A DNA stretch of 64,000 nt from an uncultured delta proteobacterium (GTDB lineage: Bacteria; Myxococcota; UBA727; VGSZ01): contig CAVZJB010000011.1 in assembly GCA_963775425.1 (NCBI GenBank), positions 576,001 to 640,000 of the forward strand, read 5' to 3'. The translations under genes were made by a program, and so were the position numbers. Every line of letters starts with the position of its first letter. Within the stretch, counting starts at the first letter, position 1. The notes beneath the pieces are model-generated. The model was given only the letters and a program-made list of their open reading frames with translations. It was not told where the DNA came from and made no database searches. Below, piece by piece: positions 51,801 to 64,000 of the stretch.

Positions 51801-54800
51801 ACAGCCGCACCTCGCCGGCACCGTGCACGCGGCGCAGAGCGTCAAGATCTCGGGCCAGAACATCACGGCGAACACCGTCGCGGTCGCCGACGGCGACCTC
51901 CACGTGAACGGGTCGTTGGTCATCCGTTCGGAGAACACGAACTTCACCTCATCGCTCGATCTCGCCGGGCACACGCTCTTCGTCGACGAATTCGGCACCG
52001 TCTCCCTCGAAAACGGCAGCGGTGGCGCGCGCTCCATCCTCGGCAGCATCGTGAACGACGGCGTGGTGTCCGTCTCGTTCACCTCCGCGATGCCCAAGGC
52101 CGGCGCGGTCTACACGAACCGCGGCACGTGGGACGTCTCGGGCACCCTCACCCTCTCGAACGGCGCGTTTCAGCACGACGGCGGCACGGTGTCCGTGACG
52201 GGCGCGTTCAACGTCGACGCCAGCACCTTCACGATGACCGGCGGCACCGTCACGGGCCGCCCCCGCATCCGCGGCTCCACGCTCACCATCGACGCCGCCG
52301 CCACGGGCGCGGCGCCGTTCCTCGTCGGCGCCCTCGGCCAGACGCAGCCGCACGTCGCCGGCGAGATCCACGAGGGGCAGGATGTGCTCATCACGGGGCA
52401 GAACATCACGAACAACACGGTCGCCCTGGCCGACAGCGACCTCGTCGTCGACGGGCTCCTGAGTTTGCGCTCGGAGAACACCAACTTGACGTCGAGCCTG
52501 GACATGAACGGGCACGTCCTTGACGTCACCGAGACGGGTCGCGTCTCCCTCGAGAACGGCTCCGGCGGCGCGCGCTCCATCTTCGGCGACGTCACCAACG
52601 CCGGCACCTTCGACGTCTCGTTCACCAGCAGCCTGCCGCGCGCCGGAGGAACCATCATCAACCGGGGCACGTGGAACGTTGCCGCGCCCTTCACCATCAC
52701 GGGCAGCGGCACCACGGTGCGGCTCGAGGGTGGAGCCTTCAACGTCCAAAACGGCGGCGCGGCCAACGTCGACGGCTGCACCACCCTCGTCCTCGGCGGC
52801 ACCGTGACCGGGGTGCCGCGCATCCGCGCGGGCTCGCTGCAGATCGACGCCGGGGCGGTGGAGCCCGTCGCGTTCCTCGTCGGCGCCCTCGGCGGCGCGC
52901 AGCCGCACCTGCAGGGCGTCATCCACGCCGGTCAGACCGTCGAGATCAGCGGACAGAACATCACCGCGAACACCGTCGCCGCCGCCGACGACGACGTCGT
53001 GGTGCAAGGCCTCCTCTTCATCCGCTCGGAGAACACCAACTTCACGTCGCAGCTCGACATGGGGGCGCACACGCTGCTCATCGACGGCGGCACCGTGCGC
53101 ACCGAAAACGGCAGCGGCGGCGCGCGCGGCATCCTGGGCGACATCGAGAACCACGGCCGGCTGGAGACCGACTTCACGAGCGCCTACCAGGGCGGCACGC
53201 TGCTCAACGACGTCGACGGCGTCATCGCCGGCAACGCGCGCATGAACCTCGCCGACGCGTTCTCGAACGCGGGCACCTTCGCGCCGGGGACGGCCGGCGC
53301 GCACGGCACGCTGACGGTGAGCAAGGGCGTCGACGTCACGGGCCTCGCCACGCGCATCGGCGGGTCAGGCGCCGGGCAGCTCGACGTGCTGAACGTCCTC
53401 GGCGCCGTCACGCTGTCCGGCAAGATCAGCGTCGCGCTCGACCCGGGGTTCGTCCCCGTCGAGGGCAACGTGTTCACCGTGTTGACCGCGTCGAGCGTCG
53501 CCGGGGCGTTCGCCGACTTCGCGGGCACCGACATCGCGCGCGGCCTCTCGTTCGCGGTGAAGGTCAACGCCACCAACGTTCAGCTCGTGGCCACGCGCGT
53601 GTCGTCGTTCCTCGTGGAGGCGCTGTCTTCCCCCGTGTCCGGCGAGCCGTTCGACATCCGGGTGACGGCCCTCGACACCAACGACGCCGTCGACACCGGC
53701 TACACGGGCGACATCTTCGTCACCGCGGACAATCCCTTCTCCACGCTCGCGCCGCCGGGCCAGGGCCCGATCTCGATCATCGCGGCGGACCAGGGTGTCC
53801 ACACCGTCACGGGCCTCGTGCTCAAGCGCGCCGGCCAGACGACGCTCCTCGTCACCGATCCGTCGGTGCCCCCGCCGGGGCTCGACGGCCCGCTCGTCGT
53901 CGACGTCGCGCCCGCGGTGCAGGGGAACGCGCCGCGCCTCGTGGTCACCGGTGTGACCGACGCTCAGTTCCTGAGCGCGCCCGTCACCTTCACCGCCACC
54001 ATCGCCTCCGACGACCCGCTGGCGTCGTCGTCGCTCGCGCTCGACATCGACACCCCGCTCGACGCGGGGACGCCGGTGACCGTGAGCGCGGAGGGACCCC
54101 ACGCCGTCACCATGAGCGCCACGGACATCGCCGGGCGCAACGGCAGCGACGCGCTGTCGTTCGTCATCGACCTCACGCCGCCGCTCGTCACCGTCAACGG
54201 CGTCACCCCCGGGCTGGTGTCGCAGGTGCCGGTGACGGTGAGCGTGGCCGTGGACGACGACAACCCCGACCCGGCGTCGCTCGTCGTCACCGTCGACGGC
54301 GCGCCGCTCCCCGCGGGCGGCGTCGTCTCCGCCGACGGCGCCCACGTCGTGGTCGCGACCGCTACCGACCTCGCCGGCAACACCACCACGGAGACGGTGC
54401 CGTTCATCATCGACACCTCCGCGCCGGTGATCACCTTCAGCGGCTTCACGCAGGGCGCCGCCATCAACCCGACCGTGGTGCGTCCCGTCATCACCATCAC
54501 CGACGACACGCCGGTCACGTCCACCGCCACGCTCGACGACAAGCCGTTCATCCCCGGGGAGCTCGTGGGCGACGGCGGCCACGTCCTCGCCGTCCACGCG
54601 GAGGACGCCCTCGGCCACCCCGCGGACGCGAGCGCCGTCTTCACGGTGGACAGCATCGCGCCGCAGGTCACGATCACGGGCGTGTCCGACGGTGGGCGCT
54701 TCGCTTCGGGCGTGGCGGCGTTCGTGGATGTGCAGGACGCGCACTTGTCCAGCGCCGCGGTCACGCTCGACGGCGCAACGTACGTCGACGGGACGCCGAT

Positions 54801-57408
54801 CGACGAGCCCGGCGATCACGTGCTCGCGGTCCACGCTGTCGACGGCGCCGGCCACGTCACCGACGTCACCGTCCGCTTCAACGTCGCGGCCAACGTGCCC
54901 AACATCTTCATCACCGGCGTCGACGAGGGCGTCACGTACAGCCAGCCGGTGCTGCCGGTGATCACCACGGACGATCCGACCGCCCTCGTGGTGGTCACGC
55001 TCGACGACCTCCCCTACGACGGCGGCGAGATCGGCGCCGACGGCAAGCACACGCTCCACGTGGAGGCCGAAAACGCCGCCGGCACGGCGTCGCGCGACGT
55101 CCGCTTCACCATCGACGGCACGCCGCCCGACCTCGTCATCACCGGCGTCGTCGACGGCGGTGTCTACCGCGACCCGGTCACGCCCGACGTTCAGCTGTCC
55201 ACCGGTGACACCCGCGCCATCACCGCCACGCTCGACGACGGCGACTTCCTCCTCGGCACGGAGGTGTCCGCCGCGGGCACCCACGTGCTGGTGGTGGTGG
55301 TCACCGACGCCGCGGGCAACGAGGCGCGTGCGCAGGTGACCTTCACCATCGATCCTTCCGCGCCCTCGCTGGCCATCCTCGGCGTGAGCGACGGCGAGGT
55401 GGTCAACCACGACGTCACCCTCGACGTCGCCGCCGCGCTCGATCCGGGCATCCACGCGGAGCTCGTGACCACGATGACGCTCGACGGTGAGGACTTCGTC
55501 CCCGGCACCGTCGTGTCGGCCCCCTCTGCGGTCACCGGCGGTCCCGGCGCCAACGACGGGCGCCACCAGGTGCGCGCGGTGGCTTTCGTCGACGACGTCG
55601 AGAGCGCCGTCGCCGGCCTGAGCTTCGCCATCGACACGGTGGCGCCGTCGGTGTCGGTGACGGGCGTCGTCGACGGAGAGGTGGCCCGGGGGCCGCTCGC
55701 GCCCGCGTTCACCGTCGACGACGCGTTCCCGGGTCCGGTGTTGGCCACGCTCGACGGCGCGCCGTTCGACTCGGGCGCGGAGGTCTCCGACGAGGGCGCG
55801 CACGTGCTCGTCGTCGACGCCGCCGACCTCGCGGGAAACGAGACCGTGGTGACCGTCTCCTTCTTCGTCGATCAAACCCCGCCCACGGTGGCCATCACGT
55901 TCCCCGCAGACGGTGCGTTCCTGCCGCCGCCGGTGGTCCCCGTGGCGGAGGCCGCCGACGACCACCCGGGCACGTTGGTGCTCGACGTCGACGGTGTGCT
56001 GCTCGGCGCCGATGGCGCGGTCTCCACTGCGGGGACCCACGTCTTGCACGCAAAGGCCGTGGACCTCGCCGGGAACACCGCGGTTGCGTCGGTGACGTTC
56101 ACGGTGGTGGTGTCCACGCCGCCGGACATCCTCGTCACCAGGCTCGGCGAGCCCGCGACGGGCGATCGCGTCACGCTGTACGACGAGGGTGGCGCCCGCG
56201 TGGTGCTCGACACCGCGCTCGGCGCGCTGACCGACGGGGAGGTCACGGGCAGCGTCGACGACGCGGGCAAGGCGCAGCTCGGCGCCGTGCCTCCGGGGCG
56301 GTACCGCGCGCGCATCGAGCACATCTGGCAGCGCTTCTTCACCGGGGCGTTCGACGTCCCCGGCGGAACGGTGCTGTTCGACGTCCCCGACGAGCCCGCG
56401 TACGCCGCGGTGCTCTACGTCGACCCCGCGGGCGGCGACGACGGCGCCGACGGCTCGGCGACGGCGCCGTTCGCCACGCTCGTTCACGCCGTCGACGTCG
56501 CCACGAGCGGCGGGGCGGCGGCGGTGTTCCACTCGGTGATCAAGGTCGCCGGCGGGACGGTGGCGGCGCCTACGGACGGGAGCGGTCGCGTGGTGTTGCC
56601 GCGCGGGCTGAGCGTGCGCGGCGGGCACCGCGCGGGCTCGTGGGTGTTCTCGCCGGCCGATCAGGTCACCGTCATCGCCGGCGGTGTCGACGTCGGTGAC
56701 GACGCCGAGCTGCTCGACGTCACGGTGCAGGACGCGACGGGCGCCGGCGTGCACGCGACGGGGAGCAGCCTGGTGCGCGACGTGAAAGTGCTCGGGGCGG
56801 CGGGCGACGGCGTCGTGTTCGACGACACCGACCTGGCGTTGGCGGCCAACGACCTCGTCGACGGCGCCGGCGGCGACGGCGTCGTCGTGAACGGCGCGGG
56901 CGTCGGCCTCGAGAACCTCACCATCGTCGACGCCGCGGGAGCGGGTCTGCGGCAGGGCAGCGCGAGCGTGGCGCGCAGCATCGCCACCGGGAGCACCGGG
57001 GACGACGTCGTCGGTGACGCCGCCGGCGACGCGGCGCGCGTGGTGAGCGACGGCGTGGTGTTCGTCGCGGGCCCGCTGCACGCGCGCTACCTGGCGCAGG
57101 CGCGCGGGGGCCAGGACAACGACAGCGCGGGCGTCGACGCCGCCGCCGAGGACGCGGGCTTGCTCGATCTGCGCGGGCGCACCACCAGCGTGCGCGGCAA
57201 CCCCGACGTCGGTGCCGCGGACTTCGGGTACCACGCGTGGCCGGTGGTGCCCGCGCTCGCGTCGCCGCCGCCCCCGCCGCCTGCGGCGCCGCCGTCGTGC
57301 GGCTGCTCGGGAGCCGGTGGCCCTTCGGCGGCGCTCCCGTTCGTGGCGCTGCTCGGGGGGCTGTTGCTGTGTTGCCGTCGCCGCACGGGGGGCCGTTTGG
57401 GGCGGTAG
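48814..57408 (+). CDS. Giant (2864 aa) cell-surface protein: beta-helical repeats, Ig-like repeat stalk, DUF1565-like beta-helix, MYXO-CTERM-type anchor
   Basis: Signal peptide; about 183-aa repeats marked by (E/R)xGSGGxR.I.G; about 10 repeats of D.T.P...ITGV.DG...G.H.L.V.A.D.AGN; [22 protein letters not shown]; C-terminal [18 protein letters not shown]. Confidence 0.88.
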   Translation: MRSIVIIATLLAGADALAADIHWGSAQSGSFDVAGNWAEGVVPGAGDNAVIDATGAAYTVDLGPSKTVGGLVVQSADALVELTGSNANGSVVITAAGGVDVEAGTLLLQSQNTTFASNLTAGGAGITVGVDGTLRVGRGSGGTRVISGDLHSTGTVQIAVNTTLSKPDGVYINEGTFLVQDAAAGGTAVLNVGGGQTFVQQAGTLTTPQGAPSASFGIVDAVGGTFDFEGGDVIGQQRIRTTGALVVGAASEGQGSFLLGGSATLTGDVHAAQSVLIQGNNTTGGTTVLATGDVRVDGTVRIVSANTSFNSDLDMGGHVLTVGAGGTLSLENGSGGARSVIGSITNEGTVAVSVTSTLPAGSAVYTNRGQWNVTAGTLTLQNGGAFRLEDGELAVAGGAVNVDTGSFTMTGGQVTGQPRIRGATLTIDGADGAGGAASFLVGALGNTQPHLGGTVHAGQQVLVSGQNLTASTTAVATGDLVVDGLLTLRSADTNFTSSLDLAGHTLRVRSGGTLSIEAGSGGVRTILGDIQNDGTVTTSFSASLSKPGATYENRGTWDVNGGTLTVSGGTFELAGGDVTAPAAFNVDGGTFHMSGGTVSAGRPRVRGSTLSIDAAADGSARFLIGALGNTQPHIAGTIHAEQDVKLSGQNITANTVAVADSDVIVDGLLTLRSENTNFTSSLDMGGNTLFVGAGGTVSLENGSGGARSIFGNIENDGTVDVSFTSTMPTGGATYANRGVWNVSGVLTVTGGDFLQEDGDVTVSGVMNVDTSSFLMTGGTVSAGRPIIRGSTLDIDPGAGGAARFLLGALGGTQPTLSGEIHASQDVKLSGQNVTASTVAVAGSDVVVGGLLTLRSENSNFTSSLDLKDHTLLVESTGRVSIENGSGGARSIFGNIENDGVVDVSFSSSMPTVDAVYTNRGTWNVSGNALTITSGRFELEAGRLSVAGAGALNFDAGTFHMSGGTVTGQPRIRGSTLDIGPNARAAASFLVGALGARQPHLAGTVHAAQSVKISGQNITANTVAVADGDLHVNGSLVIRSENTNFTSSLDLAGHTLFVDEFGTVSLENGSGGARSILGSIVNDGVVSVSFTSAMPKAGAVYTNRGTWDVSGTLTLSNGAFQHDGGTVSVTGAFNVDASTFTMTGGTVTGRPRIRGSTLTIDAAATGAAPFLVGALGQTQPHVAGEIHEGQDVLITGQNITNNTVALADSDLVVDGLLSLRSENTNLTSSLDMNGHVLDVTETGRVSLENGSGGARSIFGDVTNAGTFDVSFTSSLPRAGGTIINRGTWNVAAPFTITGSGTTVRLEGGAFNVQNGGAANVDGCTTLVLGGTVTGVPRIRAGSLQIDAGAVEPVAFLVGALGGAQPHLQGVIHAGQTVEISGQNITANTVAAADDDVVVQGLLFIRSENTNFTSQLDMGAHTLLIDGGTVRTENGSGGARGILGDIENHGRLETDFTSAYQGGTLLNDVDGVIAGNARMNLADAFSNAGTFAPGTAGAHGTLTVSKGVDVTGLATRIGGSGAGQLDVLNVLGAVTLSGKISVALDPGFVPVEGNVFTVLTASSVAGAFADFAGTDIARGLSFAVKVNATNVQLVATRVSSFLVEALSSPVSGEPFDIRVTALDTNDAVDTGYTGDIFVTADNPFSTLAPPGQGPISIIAADQGVHTVTGLVLKRAGQTTLLVTDPSVPPPGLDGPLVVDVAPAVQGNAPRLVVTGVTDAQFLSAPVTFTATIASDDPLASSSLALDIDTPLDAGTPVTVSAEGPHAVTMSATDIAGRNGSDALSFVIDLTPPLVTVNGVTPGLVSQVPVTVSVAVDDDNPDPASLVVTVDGAPLPAGGVVSADGAHVVVATATDLAGNTTTETVPFIIDTSAPVITFSGFTQGAAINPTVVRPVITITDDTPVTSTATLDDKPFIPGELVGDGGHVLAVHAEDALGHPADASAVFTVDSIAPQVTITGVSDGGRFASGVAAFVDVQDAHLSSAAVTLDGATYVDGTPIDEPGDHVLAVHAVDGAGHVTDVTVRFNVAANVPNIFITGVDEGVTYSQPVLPVITTDDPTALVVVTLDDLPYDGGEIGADGKHTLHVEAENAAGTASRDVRFTIDGTPPDLVITGVVDGGVYRDPVTPDVQLSTGDTRAITATLDDGDFLLGTEVSAAGTHVLVVVVTDAAGNEARAQVTFTIDPSAPSLAILGVSDGEVVNHDVTLDVAAALDPGIHAELVTTMTLDGEDFVPGTVVSAPSAVTGGPGANDGRHQVRAVAFVDDVESAVAGLSFAIDTVAPSVSVTGVVDGEVARGPLAPAFTVDDAFPGPVLATLDGAPFDSGAEVSDEGAHVLVVDAADLAGNETVVTVSFFVDQTPPTVAITFPADGAFLPPPVVPVAEAADDHPGTLVLDVDGVLLGADGAVSTAGTHVLHAKAVDLAGNTAVASVTFTVVVSTPPDILVTRLGEPATGDRVTLYDEGGARVVLDTALGALTDGEVTGSVDDAGKAQLGAVPPGRYRARIEHIWQRFFTGAFDVPGGTVLFDVPDEPAYAAVLYVDPAGGDDGADGSATAPFATLVHAVDVATSGGAAAVFHSVIKVAGGTVAAPTDGSGRVVLPRGLSVRGGHRAGSWVFSPADQVTVIAGGVDVGDDAELLDVTVQDATGAGVHATGSSLVRDVKVLGAAGDGVVFDDTDLALAANDLVDGAGGDGVVVNGAGVGLENLTIVDAAGAGLRQGSASVARSIATGSTGDDVVGDAAGDAARVVSDGVVFVAGPLHARYLAQARGGQDNDSAGVDAAAEDAGLLDLRGRTTSVRGNPDVGAADFGYHAWPVVPALASPPPPPPAAPPSCGCSGAGGPSAALPFVALLGGLLLCCRRRTGGRLGR
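49130..53190 (+). repeat. About 550-bp degenerate coding repeat, 7-8 units
   Basis: The GSGG(A/V/T)R anchor recurs near 49228, 49810, 50368, 50917, 51462, 52015, 52558 and 53110. Confidence 0.85.
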
Positions 57409-57417
57409 GATTTGACC

Positions 57418-58949
<1,532 letters not shown>

Positions 58950-58953
<4 letters not shown>

Positions 58954-61730
58954 TACAATCACTGCCTGTGATCTCCGCCGTCACTCGCCGTTCGTCCCGC
59001 CACGCAATCGCCGCGCTGGCCGCCACGGCCGCGCTCTGCTCGTGCACCTATCGCTTCCAACGCACCCAGGACGTGCAGCCCGGCGACGTCGTCGGCCGCG
59101 CCCTCCACGCCGACGGCGGCGGCGACGCGGGCTTCGCGCGCATCACCGTCGACGGCGCCAACCTCGTGCGCCGCGCCAACAACGACGGCAGCTTCGTCAT
59201 CCGCGGGCTCAGCGAGGGCACCTGGCTTCTACGGTTCCAGGAAGATCAAAACGGCGACGGCCGCCTCGACCGCGCCGGCGTGCGCGCCGTGTCCCTCAAG
59301 AGCTTCACGGCGCCGGGCACCACCGGCGCGCAGCTCAGCTCCGTGCTCCTCGGAAACGTCCCCCTCGGCGGCGTGGTCACCGTCTCCGGCAGCGCCGCTC
59401 GTGACGACGGCGCGCCCCCGTCGGACAACGCCCGCGCGTTCGTGGTGCGCGGCGCCGCCGACCTCTCCCCCGAGGAGCTCGCGGGCGCGAGCCCGGCCTC
59501 GCTGGCGGGCACGGACGGCGTCGCCGAGGCCACGTCGGGCGTCGGCCCCGACGGCGCGTTCGTTTTGCCGGACATCGCGCCGGGGACGTTCCACCTCGTC
59601 GCGTTCGATCCCGGCGACGGCGAGCACCCGCCGGCGATGAGCGCGCCCGTCGCCGTCACCGCCGCCGCCGGCGGCGCCACCGACGCCGGCACGGTCCGGC
59701 TCGTGCCGGCGTCGGGCACCCGCAGCGTGCGCGTCACCACCGCGCTCACGGGCGAGACGTCGGGCGCGAGCGGCGCCGCGGCGACGGTGAAGCTCGTGCG
59801 CATCGGCGGCTCCCCGGCGCGCCCCGGCGACGTGCTCGCGAGCCTCGACACCACGCTCGCCGCCGCCATGGACCTCGAGGTGCCGCTCGGCGCGTTCGAC
59901 GTCTACGTCGACTCGGCGCCCGACGCGCCCGAGTTTCACGGCGCGCTCCTCGGGCAGCTCGCGTACAGCGGCCCCGAGGTCCTCCAGTGGGGCCTGCTCA
60001 CCATCCAGAGCGCCGACCCCTGCAACCCCATCGGCGACGTCGACCGCGACCAGGACGGGAAGGTCGGACTGCCTTTGCAGTCGTTGGCGCCCGAGCTGTG
60101 GGAGCAGTGCCTGGGCCCGTGCACGGTGTCGGGCGCCGCGCTCGCGCAGGCCACGTGCGACGCCGGCGGCCAGCGCTACGACTGCGACGACGACGGGGAC
60201 GGCCAGCCCGACGTGCTCGAGCCCGCGTGTTACGGGCTGTGCGCGGGCGCCGACCTCGACGAGGACGGCCGGTGCGATCGCTCGCAGGGCACGGTGGACC
60301 CGTGCAGCCCCTCGTGTGAGCCGGCGGACGCCGGCGTCGTCGTCGACGCGGGCCCCCAGGACGCGGGCTTCGAGGACGCGGGCCAGCCGCCGGTGCGGCT
60401 CGGCTGCTCGCAGCCGGGCGCCGTCCCCGCCGACGGCGTGGTGGCCGGCACCCTCGCGCCCGACGGCGCCGACGACGTCGACGGCTGCTTCGACCTCCTG
60501 GCGCCCGACGCCATCTTCTCGTTCAACGTCCCGCCCGACGGGCTCGCCACGCTGAACGCGAGCACCGCGGGCTCGACGTTCGACACCGTGCTGTCCGTGT
60601 ACCAGGGCGTGTGTGATCCGCAGAGCGCCCTCGGGTGCAACGACGACACCGGCGGGCCGCAGTCGCTCGTCACGGCCGCCGACGTCCCCGCGGGCGACGT
60701 GTTCTTCGTCGTCGAGGGCTACCGCGGCGCCACCGGCGACTACCGCCTCGAGGTGAGCGGCACCTACGCCCTCGGCGCCGCCTGCGATCCCGATCGCACC
60801 TCGCTCGTGTGCCCCGGCGGCGCCTGCGGCCCCGACGGCAACGGCGGCTTCGTCTGTCTCCCGCCGCGCGACTGCGCCGACGGCGTGGACGCCGACGGCG
60901 ACGGCCAGGCCGACGAGGACTCGTGCGTCCAGGCGCCGGTGGTCACCTGTCCCGACGACGTCGTGGTGACGGTGCTGAACCCTGCCACGCTGTCGGCGTC
61001 CGCCACCGACGACGTGCTCGTGGCCTCGCGGCGCTGGAGCATCGTGCAGGCGCCGACGGGCTCCACGGTGGCGCTCGAGGGGGGCACCAGCGACGACGTC
61101 TCCTTCACCCCGGTGCTCGTCGGCGACTATCGCCTGCGCTACGTCGCCGCCGACGACGCGGGGCAACTGTCGGCCTGCGAGGTGAAGGTCACGGCCACCA
61201 CCGACGACGCCCTCCGCGTGGAGCTGCTGTGGAACCTCGATGTCACCACCGGCGACGACACGGACCTCGATCTCCACCTGCTGCACGACGACGCCATCGC
61301 CGGCGGCGTCGGCTGGTTCGACAACGGCCTCGACTGCCACTTCGCCAATTGCCGCGCGGGCGGGCTGTCGTGGAACTTCAACGCCCTCGCGGTGGACCCG
61401 TCGCCGAGCCTCGACGTCGACGACCGCGACGGCCGCGGGCCCGAGAACATCAACATCAAGAGCCCCGAAGACCTCACCTATCGCATCGGCGTCCACTACT
61501 TCGCCGACAACGCGTTCGGTCCGTCCACGGCGCTGGTGAACGTGTTCTGCTTCGGAGACCTGGCGCAGAGCATCGTGTCGCCGGCGCCGCTCACCACGGA
61601 CCCGAGCGACCCCGCGCAGAACGACTTCTGGAAGGTCGCCGACGTCACCATCGACAACGCCTCTTCGTCGTGCACCGTCACCCCGCTCGGCGACGTCGTC
61701 ACCACCGCGCAGGCGCGGCTGGCGCCCTGA
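58950..61730 (+). CDS. Multidomain Cys-rich lipoprotein (carboxypeptidase-regulatory-like, PPC-like, PKD-like and YfaP/DUF2135-like domains)
   Basis: LCSC lipobox; DGSFVIRGLSEGTW; STFDTVLSVY..GCNDD; WSIVQAPTGS; LRVELLW..DLDLHL..LDVDDRDGRGPENINI. Start is 58950 (ATGA) or 58968 (GTG). Confidence 0.8.
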
Positions 61731-61752
61731 CGCGTTCGCCGCCGGGGCGCCG

Positions 61753-63735
61753 TCAACGCAAGCAGGGATCGGCGCTGTCGCCGGCGCGCACCACGGGCAC
61801 GCGGCCGGCGGCGACGTCCTCGAGGAAGCAGCGGTACTCGGCCTTCGGGCGCTCGGTCTGGAAGTTGACCTCGTGCCCGTCCTCGACGTCGTCGCCGGGG
61901 TTTTGCACCACCACCGCCGTGTGGTCGCCGGCGTTGCCGCTCGCCGGCAGCGGGAGCGCGGCGCGGCCCACGAGGGGCAGGAGCGTCTCGAGCGGGCGCT
62001 GATCGAGCGCGGCGAGCTCATCGCCGTCGTCGATGGCGGGGCCGGCGAGGTCGAGGCCCATGGAGAGGCTGGTGGCCTCGGCGATGCTCGGCAGGATGTA
62101 GTGGTCGACGATGCCCTGGAGCATCAACACGTTCCTCGGCTGCGTCCCCGAGCGGGGGGCGCGCACGATGACGTCGTCGTAGATCTGCGCGTCCGAGGGC
62201 TCGGCGGCCCACTGAAAGAGCGTGAGCGCCGGATCGTGCGCTTCGAGCGCGCGGCCGCTCGCGGTGTAGCCGAGGAGCTGCTCGGCGACGGGGCGCACCA
62301 CCAGCGGCCGCTGCTTGTCCATGATGTTGGCGATGTAGCTGCTGCCGGCGCCCGAGAGCACCGCGGTGTGGAACGCGGGCTGCGCCGCGAGCACGAGCGG
62401 GGCGATGGCGGCGCCCATGGAGTGGCCCATGAGCGCGAGCTTGTCGCCGTCGACGGCGAAGGTGCCGGCGGCGCCGTCGCACGCGCTCGCGTCGAAGTGC
62501 AGCGCGGCGAGCATCGGGGGGAGGAGCGCGAGCTCGAGCGCGGACTGCCGGATGTTGTCCCGCAGCGCGGGCGGGTTGAAGACGTTGAACACGAGGAAGT
62601 CCTCGTTGCCGCCGGTGGTGTTGCGCAGCCCCTCGAGGGCGCCGTCGATCTGCACCGCGGCCCAGCCGACGCGCGCGAATTCCTGCGCGGGCCCGCTGCC
62701 GGGGACGACGGGCGCGGTGAAGTCCGGCGTGGCGCACACGCCCCGGTCGACGAGCGCGCGCTCGCCGCCGGCACCGGTGCCGATGAAGACGACGGTGGGC
62801 CAGCCTGTGGCGGGCATCGGCCCGCGCGGAACGGTGATGAAGATGCGCCCGGTCTCCTCGTGGTCGAAGGCGGGCGCGCCTGCGTCGTCGACGCGCCAGG
62901 CGCCGCCGCTCTGGCTGTAGGGCGGGACGCCGGACTGGTAGTCGGGGAGGTCGACGGTGGACTGAAAGACGCAGTAGCCGTCGAACGTGTCGGTGAGCGC
63001 GGGGGTGGCCGGCGGCGCGACGGGGTGGTGCGCGAGGGCGTCGTCGAGGAACAGCGAGAGGTCGGCGGCGCGGTCGTCGGTGGTGAAGACCGCGAGCGCC
63101 GCGACGTCGTCGCCGAGCGTGTCGAGCGCGGCGCGGTAGGAGGCGGCGACGGCGGCGCTCATGCCGTCGGGCGTCTTGCCGGCGCGGAGCTCGTCGAGGA
63201 CGGGGGCCGGCGCGGGGGCGGAGCCGTCGGCGTAGCGCAGCGCTCGCGTGACGACGGCGGCGTAGGTGGTGCGCGCCCGCAGCGGGGCGCCCTGGAGCGG
63301 CAGGAGCGAGAGCAGCCGCGCGTCGCCGAACGGTCCGCCGTCGTCGAGGAACGCGACGTCCACCGGGACGCGCGCGCCGGTCCCGACGTCGACGAGGAAC
63401 ACGGAGGCGTCGTCGCGCACGCTGCCGAACAGGTCCGGCAGTGAGGCGCGGTCGACGCGGGCGCCGGCGCGCAGGTAGACGGCGCCGGCCTGGGAGAAGC
63501 CGCGGGCGTCGCGCGCGACGATGTCGAGGGCGCTCGCGACGACGCCCGCGTTGTTCGGGTTGGTGACGCCGCTCACGTCGACCGTGCCGTCCTCCCTCAG
63601 GAGGTCGTCCGACGGGAAGGGCGCGTCGAACAGCGACCCCTCGCGCGAAAATGACATCGAAAACGGCGGCCCGTCGACGACGTCGGGCGCGCACGCGCAC
63701 GAGAGCGTCAGGCACGCAAGGAGAGCGGACCGCAT
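61753..63735 (-). CDS. Lipoprotein alpha/beta hydrolase (paralogue of 21036..23264)
   Basis: MRSALLACLTLSCAC; PFPSD..RGFS; GWPTVVF; RDNIRQSALE; LMGHSMGA nucleophile; DHYI; DGHEV. Confidence 0.82.
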   Translation of the reverse strand: MRSALLACLTLSCACAPDVVDGPPFSMSFSREGSLFDAPFPSDDLLREDGTVDVSGVTNPNNAGVVASALDIVARDARGFSQAGAVYLRAGARVDRASLPDLFGSVRDDASVFLVDVGTGARVPVDVAFLDDGGPFGDARLLSLLPLQGAPLRARTTYAAVVTRALRYADGSAPAPAPVLDELRAGKTPDGMSAAVAASYRAALDTLGDDVAALAVFTTDDRAADLSLFLDDALAHHPVAPPATPALTDTFDGYCVFQSTVDLPDYQSGVPPYSQSGGAWRVDDAGAPAFDHEETGRIFITVPRGPMPATGWPTVVFIGTGAGGERALVDRGVCATPDFTAPVVPGSGPAQEFARVGWAAVQIDGALEGLRNTTGGNEDFLVFNVFNPPALRDNIRQSALELALLPPMLAALHFDASACDGAAGTFAVDGDKLALMGHSMGAAIAPLVLAAQPAFHTAVLSGAGSSYIANIMDKQRPLVVRPVAEQLLGYTASGRALEAHDPALTLFQWAAEPSDAQIYDDVIVRAPRSGTQPRNVLMLQGIVDHYILPSIAEATSLSMGLDLAGPAIDDGDELAALDQRPLETLLPLVGRAALPLPASGNAGDHTAVVVQNPGDDVEDGHEVNFQTERPKAEYRCFLEDVAAGRVPVVRAGDSADPCLR

Positions 63736-63835
63736 CGGGCCAATGTCGGTGACGTCGTCCGCGTCGTCAACCAGCCCCGCGCGCGACGCGGGCTTTCGCG
63801 TTCGCTGACGTCGACAGGTGGGGTAGGATCGACGC

Positions 63836-64000
63836 ATGCAGGTCCGCCGAGACGCCCCGAACGGCCTCCCGCGCTTGATCACCGGCGCGACCGGCGTGCG
63901 CTCCGGCTCGCCCGTGGACGTGGAGCACGCGAAGGCGGACGCCGGGGACACACCGCGCGCATCCGTGGTGGGCTCCGTCGGCGGCCGCGTCGTCCGCCGC
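63836..64000 (+). CDS. Partial hypothetical protein (runs off the window)
   Basis: TAGGAT-N6-ATG at 63836; the frame MQVRRDAPNGLPRLITGATG... stays open to the end. Confidence 0.45.
   Translation, partial: MQVRRDAPNGLPRLITGATGVRSGSPVDVEHAKADAGDTPRASVVGSVGGRVVRR

Overview
Very GC-rich bacterial window that looks Myxococcota-like: it has a MYXO-CTERM-type tail, GEGE-linker proteins, a Hanks-type kinase and a CsgA-like SDR. It holds about 40 genes, and I saw no rRNA, tRNA, CRISPR array or mobile element. The core housekeeping genes are prs-rplY-pth and ppdK. The main feature is a 9-gene, translationally coupled operon at 35698-47364, divergent from ppdK and preceded by a perfect 18-bp palindrome and a sigma54-like site. 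It encodes an NrfC/NrfD quinol oxidoreductase with no molybdo-enzyme partner, a probable outer-membrane beta-barrel, and six c-type cytochromes. These carry 54 heme motifs counted by eye (49 CxxCH plus 5 CxxxCH/CxxxxCH) and include an Ig-stalked duplicated-pentaheme lipoprotein and a 20-heme four-repeat lipoprotein. Together they suggest a complete quinone-to-cell-surface electron conduit. Other oddities: an MscS coupled to a 1070-aa coiled-coil/TM/P-loop protein; a degenerate 5'-nucleotidase fused to a beta-barrel; a 1039-aa protein with dispersed CYTH-like motifs; an orphan atypical DUF692 enzyme; a 2864-aa repeat surface protein; a pure (GAAGGA)27 tract; and a recurring TAnnnn-N5-8-start pattern suggesting widespread leaderless mRNAs. 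All family calls come from motif recognition, not database searches.
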